This document shows positions 10,416 to 20,500 of a stretch of DNA of 64,000 nt, one piece after another. The first letter of the stretch is position 1, and every line of letters begins with the position of its first letter. The position numbers and the translations under genes are program-made. Where the stretch lies: sequence record PQ451753.1. One strand, given 5' to 3'. The notes beneath the pieces are model-generated. The model was not told the origin of the DNA. It made no database searches and worked only from the letters and a program-made list of their open reading frames with translations.

Positions 10416-10954
10416 TTAAAGATGGGGTAGACTACAACCCCAACGATGATGGCGTAACACATATTAACGTTTACAGTCAAGCTAACACTGAGTTAGGTCG
10501 TTGGTTGTCTAACTTCACTGCGGTTGAAGTTGAATCTGAAGTTGGTGGAACATTCGCTTCCTTAGAGGCTTTGTATCACTACCTGAAGATATTCCGCACG
10601 TATACATTGAATCGCATGAGTGCGCATCAAGATGTAATCCAGAAGCTGGAAGAGTTGAAGACCAAAACTGGTCGTGACGCTCAGGTGTTAGGTCGCGATA
10701 TCAAACAGATGGTTCGTAAGAAAGGCGTATATACATACGAGGTTCCCGACGAAGAGTTTGATCGCATCTTCACTAACGGTTTAGTAACCAAGTTAAAATC
10801 AAATGAAGCAATGCTTAGCGAGCTTAAGGACGAGATTAGTGATGGTAAGCCACTCCTTCACTACTACGTCGTTGGTAAGAATACATTGATTCACAAGAAA
10901 CACTTTGACTGGTTACCTGACCGCATCATGGATGCGCTAGAGCAATGTTACTAA
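10403..10954 (+). CDS. NADAR-family protein (T4 gp30.3-like)
   Basis: DGVTHINVYS...TELGRWLSNF and F.SLEALYHYLK match the NADAR LSNF / S.E..Y...K pattern. Confidence 0.65.
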   Translation: MQCIVKDGVDYNPNDDGVTHINVYSQANTELGRWLSNFTAVEVESEVGGTFASLEALYHYLKIFRTYTLNRMSAHQDVIQKLEELKTKTGRDAQVLGRDIKQMVRKKGVYTYEVPDEEFDRIFTNGLVTKLKSNEAMLSELKDEISDGKPLLHYYVVGKNTLIHKKHFDWLPDRIMDALEQCY

Positions 10955-10963
10955 GAAAATAAC

Positions 10964-10996
10964 GAGAGGTGGTTCGCCACCTCTCCTTTTTTATTT
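10964..10996 (+). terminator. Intrinsic terminator
   Basis: GAGAGGTGG-TTCG-CCACCTCTC followed by a T-run. Confidence 0.85.
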
Positions 10997-11010
10997 GTTA
11001 GGAGATAATA

Positions 11011-11325
11011 ATGGACGTACGTACAATGCCTGAAGCTCTAGCCTTAATCTCATTACTGAATGGTACTAAGAAGCAAAAGGCTACGTGGAAGAAAACCTTA
11101 ACTGAACATGAAAAGAAACAAAAACGTAAAGCACTGACTATGGGATTGGTTAGACATTTCTCTAACACTGGTGTTGGACGTAACAGTCCTTGTCCTTGCG
11201 GGTCAGGTATTAAGTATAAGAAGTGTCACTTGCCGCGTATTGAAGATCATTCACTGGATGGCGAAGTTATACTGGAAGAACTTGGACTTAGGATAAAGGA
11301 GAAGGACGATGAAATTCAGGACTAA
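11011..11325 (+). CDS. SEC-C motif (SecA-type zinc-binding) protein
   Basis: VGRNSPCPCGSGIKYKKCH is a canonical SEC-C signature; AGGAG RBS. Confidence 0.8.
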   Translation: MDVRTMPEALALISLLNGTKKQKATWKKTLTEHEKKQKRKALTMGLVRHFSNTGVGRNSPCPCGSGIKYKKCHLPRIEDHSLDGEVILEELGLRIKEKDDEIQD

Positions 11326-11800
11326 AACATTTAACGACTGTAATATTAACTTTCTTGCCATGTATATCTTGAACATTATGATATTCGGACTTACTGTTGG
11401 GATTGTTTGGCATACGGACTATGAATATAAAGACAAGACCATCTTAGCTTTACCGTTGGCATGGTTTGCACTCTTTACATTCTTATTCTGGGCTAAATAT
11501 GTAGCGGAAAGTCAAGCAAGAAGAATAGCGGTATTCGGTAAACACTTTGCTATTATGACGCCAGAGATAGCACGCGATCATAAGTTTACTTATTTCGTAG
11601 AAGACGAACGGGGACGTCAACTGATAATGACTGAATGTGTTAACATGAAAGAGATACACATCGTACGGTCTGAGTTTGCACCATTACTCCCTAAGCTCTT
11701 TTACACTCACTTGATACGGGATTTACGCAGCCACGGCAGTCGCTGTAAAATCAATATCGATAACATTAACCACGTCACTCTAGACTTTATTAACCCTTAG
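11309..11800 (+). CDS. Membrane protein with two N-terminal TM segments
   Basis: Hydrophobic runs FLAMYILNIMIFGLTVGIVW and ILALPLAWFALFTFLFWA. Confidence 0.65.
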   Translation: MKFRTKTFNDCNINFLAMYILNIMIFGLTVGIVWHTDYEYKDKTILALPLAWFALFTFLFWAKYVAESQARRIAVFGKHFAIMTPEIARDHKFTYFVEDERGRQLIMTECVNMKEIHIVRSEFAPLLPKLFYTHLIRDLRSHGSRCKINIDNINHVTLDFINP

Positions 11801-11810
11801 GAAACTTACC

Positions 11811-12335
11811 ATGTGTAGTCGCATTGTAGAAATGGTTTACCTAGATGCAGTAAATGCATTAAAGGCTCCTGTTAAATCAGAAAAGCTAATTCGTTTAGCA
11901 CAAGAAACTAAAGGTGTTGCGTACCGCGCATTAAACACTCCGGGCTCTCATGATACTCGCTCATTACAAATGCATCGACGTCTCTTAAATGAGATTCGTC
12001 TAAACAATGTGGTTACAGACATTTGTAACCGTGTAGCTGCAATGTTGGATGATGTAGAAGAAGCACAAAAACTTGACGGAGCTAAAATCATCTGTCGTGA
12101 TAAACGCTCTGCCTTAATGATTGACAACCTGCCGGGGCATGGCGCGTTGATTTCATTTGAAGTGGACTCAGAGATTATCGCTGACTTGCCTTACCACATT
12201 CAAAATGAACGTGCAATGGCTAAGACTATTTCGTCTGGCTTTAGTTTGGCTAGTTGGAATCGTCGTGAGTTCCCAGATACTGTTCGTGATGTAGCACATG
12301 CCGTGCTTTGTCGCGGCGGTATCAACAATCTTTAA
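11811..12335 (+). CDS. Hypothetical protein
   Basis: 174-aa ORF with RBS. Confidence 0.7.
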   Translation: MCSRIVEMVYLDAVNALKAPVKSEKLIRLAQETKGVAYRALNTPGSHDTRSLQMHRRLLNEIRLNNVVTDICNRVAAMLDDVEEAQKLDGAKIICRDKRSALMIDNLPGHGALISFEVDSEIIADLPYHIQNERAMAKTISSGFSLASWNRREFPDTVRDVAHAVLCRGGINNL

Positions 12336-12342
12336 CAAAGCA

Positions 12343-12379
12343 AATAAAAGAGAGGGCAAACGCCCTCTTCTTTTTTTTT
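12343..12379. terminator. Bidirectional intrinsic terminator
   Basis: AGAGGGC-AAAC-GCCCTCT with flanking A and T tracts between convergent genes. Confidence 0.8.
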
Positions 12380-12381
12380 GT

Positions 12382-14475
12382 CTAACGTGCGGTTCCCGAA
12401 GTTAAAGCCGATAACGCCCTCGCAGGCATAGTGTTCGCAATCGAGTTTGCAATCCGACCTGACATGAATGCAGACTTCCAAGACTGCTTCCATTTGTTCA
12501 AGTTAAACACCATCTTCTCTAAAGAGTAGGTCATCTGGTGTAGAGATGCGCCACCGATTGTCGCCATGTAGTCAGTGTACATGTTATCGTCATCGAAGAT
12601 ACCCGGATCTCGAACGATAGGCATGTGCATAACTTTAGATAAGTCTTTTACAGTGATTGTTACATCACATGCAAGCATCTTACCATCAGCACGCCAACCC
12701 ATGTTACCCACACCACGGTTAATCTGCACAGACTCAATCATACCCAAACGGATGTTCTGACGACCACGTGAATACATCTCACAAAGGAACGGTTGACCAT
12801 ACGTTTGTTTACCATTCGATAGCGGTAGACAACCTGCTAAGATGAACAGTAGTGGTAGAGTGATGTCTTGGAAGATAGACAAGTCATTACCATAAGGTGT
12901 ACGCAATTGTAACGTAAACGACTGTGAAGCCACTTCCGCAGTTGATGCATCCCATACCTCAGGGATATCAGTGTAAGAGCTGCCGTAAATAGCTGCTAAA
13001 CCCGTGATATGTAAGGAATCGAGCATCCCACCCATGAAGTCTTTAACGCCTTTTACAGCGGTGTCTACAAAGTCGAAACCCGTATTACCGCCAGAGGTTG
13101 ATACTTCAAGAGAACGTGCTTTAGAAGACAGACTGTTCAATGTAGATGCAATTTCAGGCTCTTTGAAAGAGTTACTGAATGAGTCAGACATCTCTGACTT
13201 GTTATCCACACGGAATGTAATCCACTGACCACCATCTTTCAATTCTGATGCAAGTTGTTCAGAGACGTTGCCGCCAAAGTCGAACAAACTACCCCAGAAC
13301 GTTTTGTTGGTTTGGTTAGGGTCTACTTTACCATCCATTGACTTCTGTGCTTCTGTGAACTTGGCTTGAAGCTGTTCATCAACAATGGCATCTGCTGACT
13401 GACCTTGCCCATCTGCATAACGCTGCTTGATAGCAGACCATGCTTCTGAGCGTGCCTTTTCATCCTTCTCATTGATTTGATACGCAGGGTTATCTGCATA
13501 CATCATCGCTAAGTTTTGCAGTGAGAGTGCCTCGTCATTAATCTGCTCTTTCATAATAGCAGTTCGTCGAGCATCATTCAGATAGGTTTCCATCATCTTC
13601 TGAAGCTCTTCTTCATCTTTAGCGTTAGCGTATAACTCCTCAATCGTTTTCGCTTGATAGTTCGCTAGAGTTTGATAACGGTTCACTGCTTTATAGATGT
13701 CAAACTTACCACTTGACTTCCAGATGTCCGGTAACTGACTATACACTTCTTCAATAGGGATCTTATTCCCTTCTTCACCGACTTCTTGGTAGCGGTCTGC
13801 GTTAAACGGTTCCCACATTGGTACCAATTGGTGGTGTAGTAGCTGTGTATCAGCCATTGCCTGAACTGCCTGAAGATACAAGTTCATCGTAGGCTTCATG
13901 TAGTAATAACGTGAAGGTTTCTTGTTCAATGCGAACTTAAGAACTTGCGCCGTCAGAATCAACGGGACGATTACCCCAAACGGGATTGCAATAAACATTG
14001 CAGCAAGACCTGTTGCCGTACCCAAGTCACGCATGACTGATGAATACTCACCAGTCTTGGCTAATCGGGCTGCATCACGGTCGTACATGTTTGCAAAGAA
14101 TGCAATTGCACCTGTGTATTTAGGGACACCGAATCGAAAGTGTACGTATTGTGAGTTATCATCAATCACTTCTGAATAATGACGACCCATGCGATAACTA
14201 CCAGCGTTGTTTTCATTTTCAAACATACTGGACTTGTCTTCGCTACTTGCACCTTCACGAAAATCAATGTTAGCCAATAAGCCCGTAGCTTTAATATCGG
14301 CAAAGCGAGTAAATTGCGGCGGCGGGTTAAGTGCTTGGTTACCACCGAAGGTCGTATCTCCGAACTTGAAGTTCGCAGAGGTTTTAGGAACTGACAAGTT
14401 CCGGCGGTCGCGTGCCATCGGCGCTAGACCAAAGGCACCGCGAATCCACTTGGCGTCATTGAGACGTTCCGCCAT
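12382..14475 (-). CDS. Virion tail/baseplate structural protein (phiKZ gp182-like)
   Basis: 697 aa; directly downstream of the giant lytic tail protein as in phiKZ-like phages; AAGGAG RBS. Confidence 0.65.
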   Translation of the reverse strand: MAERLNDAKWIRGAFGLAPMARDRRNLSVPKTSANFKFGDTTFGGNQALNPPPQFTRFADIKATGLLANIDFREGASSEDKSSMFENENNAGSYRMGRHYSEVIDDNSQYVHFRFGVPKYTGAIAFFANMYDRDAARLAKTGEYSSVMRDLGTATGLAAMFIAIPFGVIVPLILTAQVLKFALNKKPSRYYYMKPTMNLYLQAVQAMADTQLLHHQLVPMWEPFNADRYQEVGEEGNKIPIEEVYSQLPDIWKSSGKFDIYKAVNRYQTLANYQAKTIEELYANAKDEEELQKMMETYLNDARRTAIMKEQINDEALSLQNLAMMYADNPAYQINEKDEKARSEAWSAIKQRYADGQGQSADAIVDEQLQAKFTEAQKSMDGKVDPNQTNKTFWGSLFDFGGNVSEQLASELKDGGQWITFRVDNKSEMSDSFSNSFKEPEIASTLNSLSSKARSLEVSTSGGNTGFDFVDTAVKGVKDFMGGMLDSLHITGLAAIYGSSYTDIPEVWDASTAEVASQSFTLQLRTPYGNDLSIFQDITLPLLFILAGCLPLSNGKQTYGQPFLCEMYSRGRQNIRLGMIESVQINRGVGNMGWRADGKMLACDVTITVKDLSKVMHMPIVRDPGIFDDDNMYTDYMATIGGASLHQMTYSLEKMVFNLNKWKQSWKSAFMSGRIANSIANTMPARALSALTSGTAR

Positions 14476-14498
14476 GATAGCTCCTTATTTTTTTGTTG

Positions 14499-14521
14499 AA
14501 GAAAAGGGGTGTTACCACCCC
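14499..14521 (-). terminator. Terminator-like hairpin after the giant tail gene
   Basis: Minus strand GGGGTG-GTAA-CACCCC then TTTTCTT. Confidence 0.55.
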
Positions 14522-17500
14522 TATGTGCGCTGACGTGCCATACTGATTGGCCCACGGTCATGCGTGATGGTTTGCGCCATACGCTGACGCTCCTGTTGGT
14601 GTGCACGTGATCGTTGTTCAGCTTCTCTACTTGAACCATTGAAACCAACTTTCTCGTTCAACTGACGTAGTGACATCGCCATCTCTTCTAGGAAGGATAG
14701 TTGTTTCTCCATCAGTGTACGCGATTTCTCATTCTCTTCGACGCTGTGTTTCGCCATTGACTCTTTCAAGTCTGACAGTTCACGTTCTTTGCTAGAGATA
14801 CGCGCATCGAGTTCTTGACGAACCTGATCAACGTACTTGTTAGCATCGAAATCTGGAGTCTGAGTCTCCATCTCTTTCACGCTTGTCTTAACCACTTCCG
14901 ATATAGCTGGAGTAGGGACAGCACTTGAACCAATGGAGGTTGGTGCAGCTTCTACAGCAGTGCGCTGCGTTACTGCCTTTTCAATGTCCTTAGTCGCTTT
15001 CACCTTAGCAATTTGAGTACGACCTTCATCAGTACCCACTACGTTTGGTGTTGCTTCTTTCACACTCTTGGCATCATCGTTAGCTGCTGCCATCGGTGCT
15101 TGTTTAAGGACAGGGTTTGAAGCATACTTAGATACGTATGAGAATCGGTTCTCAGCACGACGTTGTAGCTTCTCGTGGATTGCACGATAACTTAACAAAC
15201 GTCCCTTATCAGTAAATACTCCAGGGTTAGATGCCGCAGGTTGCATAAAGTCTTCTGCTGCAATGCGGTCAGGTGTTTTATATAAGTTACGTAAGAACTT
15301 AGATGCACCACCCGGACCTAAGAAGTGTGCTAAGTACAAATCAGCAGGACCAGCTTTAACGCCGTCAGGCATCGCTTTCTCCACTGTCTTAGCGCCAGAA
15401 CGTAAATACTCCGCACCCAAGAGTGCGTTCGCTACCGGATCGAATGGTCCCGCTGTTGCTGGAATACCATACTTGTTAGCGTGTTTCTTCAGCTCTGCTT
15501 TCCATGTACCGTTGATGAACTGGAACAGACCTTTCGCAGATGAAGTAGACGCACCCGCTTGCGGGTTCATTGACGACTCCATCATAGCTACAGTCAATAA
15601 CAAGTTCTCATCAACACCACTGGCTTTTGACACTTCCTTAATCATGTTGGCGACTGACTCTTTATCATTACCACGCAGACGAATCTTAGCGTAAGCACTG
15701 TTAGGGTCAACACCCTCACCCATTTCACCGATTGGAATACCGCCTGCGTCAGGTCGGTATGTGCCTCCCGCACTGGTAGTTACTGTACCGCTACCGCTAT
15801 CCATTGTCATGGTTGATCCATTACGAACCCTGTCAATAATACTTCTTGACATCTCCGTACCGCTGGATTTTGGTTTTGGCTTAGTAACCTGCTTAACTTC
15901 AGTAGTATCCATACGAATTTCTTCGTCTTGTCCTGCGGTTTGCTCCATCGCTTTAGCACGACGTTGGTTATCGCGGAGATACTGAATGTTACCATCTACG
16001 GACGTCGGGTCACCGTTAAGTGACGAGATATCTTTAAATGGTGACACGTTCACTGACCAGATTGAGACTTCATTGTTCTCAAACATCGTACGTAACCCAA
16101 CAATAGCTAATGCTACGTCAAGCATATATGGTGTAGATGTAGATACCATTGCTTGTAATGGGTCGGCATTTGCTGCGTATTGTTTTAGCGAGATTACATA
16201 ACGCATCAATACTGGGATGAAACGTGATTCAAACCAAGACTTCCACTTAGCACGATGTGCACTATCTTCATAGTTCAACCCAAACTTCGCCATAAAGCGT
16301 TCAGCTATAATGGTTGAGTCTAGATTAATCGTAGCCGACTTGCCTGTTGCACTAATGTGCTTAATCACCGTTTCTTCTAATCCCCACAGCAACTTGACTT
16401 TATCAACTGACAAGTCATGTAAACCGTACGCACGTAAACGGACTGACTCCACCGCATTGAGGTTACTTGGGTCGCGTAGCGAAGTAAAGTCGCCATCAGC
16501 ATTCTGCTTCAAGGCTATTGTACCTGCATTGCCACCTGTTGACTCATCACGACGTCGATATGCATCACGCACCTTACGATACGTTTTCATATCTCTGAAG
16601 TTCTTACCGCCTACAGTTACCGAGCCATCATCGTTCTTCACGACGTTGTCTTTAGATAACTTGTACCACTCAGGGTCAATACCGTCTGCACTATTAGCGT
16701 CAGCACCCTCTACAGTAGCCACCTTACCGGAATTAGACTTCTTGTCTTTCTTAGCGTCTTTCACAAGTTCAGCAATTTCCTCAGCGGATTCTGCCTCTAC
16801 TTCTTTGACAGCCTCACCAGACATCATGTCATCGCCACCGAACCAACCACCAATCGTATCGAACATACCGCGATCACCAAACGGTGAATGCATTACTCGG
16901 AAGATTGGATGGTCAACTGGCAACTTAACACCATCTAGGATTTTAGCCATCGCTTCTGGTTCTACTTTAGAAGTATCATCCAGATTGTTCAACGCTACAC
17001 CCGGTGCCTGCTGTCTTGCACGCGTTGTCCAGAGTAAGAATACAGGAATGAAACGACCATGTACCCAACGTTCAAACATTTCTACAGCTTTTGGTTCATC
17101 AGTGGCTACGCCGAACTGTTTAGCCATTTCCATAGTTGTTTGTTCATCTACCCCTTTCACTGTTGAGATACCCTCATTGTTATATGAGGTATGTTTCAAC
17201 AATGCGTCTTCAAGATAAAGCAGTTTAGCTACTTCGTCAGACTTACCGTCACTGTAGTCCTCTGTACCGTACTGTGCCATGCGTAACTTCATTAGTGGAC
17301 CGTTTACTACACGAGTCGCTAACTTGTACGCACCGTAACCTACAGCCGCAACGGCTGCTGCGGTTAACACTACTGGCGCAGAGATAGTACCAATAGCACC
17401 TAGTGCTGCGGCACCTGCCATTCGAGCACCTTGCCACAATACTTGACGACCGATAAAACTACCTGCTGTAAGTGCACCACGTCCCAATGCTTTAGCACCT

Positions 17501-20500
17501 TTCCATAATCCACCCGCTGCACGTTTTAACAGTCCAGGCTTCTTACCCTTTCCAGGTCCGTCTGGAACATCTGGTGAGCCGCCAAATGGATTAATCTTGT
17601 TAAAGATAGATCCCAGGCCGTCACCTAACATCCCTAGAGCCTTAGTGGCAAAAGAGCCTGCAAGTACACCACCCAGTGAACCCATTACGCCTTTCAGCGC
17701 ACCGCCTAATCCGCCTGCTAGCCAGCTAAAGAATCCTTGACTAGGTTTCTTCTCGCCTTTCGCATCTTTCTTGTTGCGTCTAGCTTCAGCGCGTTCGGCT
17801 TTCTTCTTCTCCCTTGCTTCGCGTCGTTTCTCAAAGATGTCTTTAAAGCTACCATCGCGATCACCATCACCATCAACATCCCCAAAGATTTCTTCAGACT
17901 TGTCTGAGTCAATCGGGTCAAGCACATCCTCCATCTTAGAGTCTTGCTTAGTTAGACGATCATCCAGTAACTGGTAAATCTCATCTAACTTGTCAATGAT
18001 TTTATTGGTTGAACGACGACCAACCTTTTCAGCACCGTCTCCACGAATTTTTCCTAATGCCCAATCTTTAGCAGCACCTAATCGGTCTATTGCACCGCCT
18101 GCTAGGTCTTTAACAAAGTCCTTAGCGGCAACCGCTTTATCCATACCAAAGTTAACCGCAGATTTAATACGCGACCCTACTTTGGACATAAGCGATTCGA
18201 ATGGGTTCCCATCCACATCGACAAATTTAACATCAGGATTATCAAAGTCCTCTTGCGAGATGATAACCTCTTTATGCTTATTGTAAACCGGACCTGTGAT
18301 ATCCGCAGCACTGCGAATCACCTTACCTGTATTACGGTCGATGTAGAAACCACGCAGCATTAACTGATGCTGTAAACGTGGCACACTTTCCCCTTGGACA
18401 TAAATGTCTTTTGAGGTACGTACTTTGTTAATTACTTTCTTACCGAGGTCGGATACTTGACTAAGGATAGCCTGCGGAACACCGAAGGCATTACGTAAGC
18501 CACCACCTGCTAGTCGACCAATACCCTCCGAGAGTTTCTTCCAACCTTTTTGCGTGTAATACGTAAATTGGTCTTTCTTCTCTCGGACTTCTTCTTCAGT
18601 AAGAACCACACCGTTTTTGTCATAAACAGCCCCAGTGATGTCCTTAATCGACTTGATGACTTTTCCGTTTTCATCAAAATACATGCCCGCCTTGAGTTTA
18701 CGACCAAGAAGAACGATGTTGCCATCTTCATCTCGAATGTCTGTAACTCCTTGGAATGAATCAACCATGCTGTTCAGTCCGGCAGCAACCCCTTTGCGTG
18801 CACCGTTTAACTTATCCCATACTGAGAAGTTTGGAAACTTCTCACGCACTTTGGTTAGACGATCACTTATAGCGTCTTTAACGCGACCTGCGCCGCGACG
18901 CACTTTACCTGCACCTGATTTAACGTGTTGACCAAAGCGACCAAAGTAGCCCGGCTTATCAGCAGTTGTTGCTTCTGCATCGCCAGACACATCTACAACA
19001 GGCACACCACGTTCTGACATATCTTGCAGAACTTGTAAGATAGAACCGACTTCTTCACTGAGGTTGTTTGCGACTAACTGGTCGCGAACTTGTTCCACTA
19101 ACCCATCGAGTGTTGAACTAGAATCACCAGACTCTTTGTCTTTAGCGATTTTACGCAACGCCGTCATTAGGTTAGGTTCTTCCTCACCAAAGAGCGCTTC
19201 ACGAACACCACCTGTGATGCCTGTAGCTAGACTGGACATATCGAATCCGCTAGTGCGGTCTAATGCATCAGTTAACTTAGAGTACATCTCAAACTGGATC
19301 TCGTTAGAGAACCATGAGCTATCGCGCAAGTCACTTAAGTCTTCACTACGGATACTTTCAGCAACCGGACGTGCAGAGTTAGAACGAACCGCTTTCTTCA
19401 ACTCCTCCATATCAACATTAGTTGTAGGACGCTGAGCTTCTTGACGGTTCAGTGTATCTGCCAGACCCTTAATGACTTCTTCAATGTTAGAGCCACTGCG
19501 GAGTTCTGGCTTAGGTTGATGTTCAAACTTTGGTGTGTAGTTACTGTACGTACTGGTTAAGTCTCTATTAAGCGTTGAACGACCATTCTCATGTTCGAAG
19601 ATGCCTGACTTAGCCACCATCGTCCCACCGTATAGGTTAGACATTTCATCAACCACATCTTGTATCGGAGCAATCGCGTCACGAAGACGTCTGATTTCAT
19701 CTGATACTTCGACGTTAACACTTTGTTCTGTCTTCTTACCCTCATCACGGATATCTGAGAAGAACTGTTGTAGGTCAAGTAAGTGTTCACTATTACCTAC
19801 CGAACCGTAAGTGTCCATGTTATCTGCAAGGTCAGCTACATTAAAGCGACCTACAGTACGGATCTTCTCATCGATGACTCGACCTAGGTCTTCCTTAGCA
19901 CCATCCGATAGGTCAGCATCTTTAGTCAATTTCTCAACTAACTCGTCAATTCCTTTACGTACATACTCACGCGTTTCCACATCGGCAGCACGTGTTGCAA
20001 TACGTTCTTGAATTTCACTTTCATTAACCAATGACTTAGTTGTCCAGTCATAGGTCTGCTTACCTGTATCTACACCACCTAAGCGGTTAATAGATTGGTC
20101 GATGGTCGCTAACCATTCTGGAATAACTTCATTCAGGGTAATGTCGTTACGTTTTGACCATGGCGATGCTTTAGCTAATGCCTCCGCAGTTACGTTTTCC
20201 ATACGGGCAGTATCGCCCGTATACGACGGTAAAATACTTGACAGCATGTTTGCTGCAATACTTTCAAAACCGCTATTACGTTCTGCATACGCATCTCTTG
20301 CTAAATCATTCAGATACTCTGGCATAGTTGTGCCGTAGTATCTAAGTTTAGAGCCTAGACTTGCAACAGTTTCATTCGCTTCACCTTTCTCACGAAGATA
20401 CTTTTGAATCTTCTGAACTTGAGGGGTGATGTATCGATTGGCAAAAGCAGAGCCTGCCAATTCTGCGCCCGTCTGAGCCATCTGAGCACGCTGTTGTGCA

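Noticed and set aside
16310-17218. 302-aa plus-strand ORF inside the giant tail gene, and other antisense ORFs of 60-190 aa (e.g. 7803..8363, 15263..15694, 24017..24577)
   Set aside because: Fully antisense to well-supported genes, Ser/Leu/Pro-rich composition typical of shadow frames, no RBS
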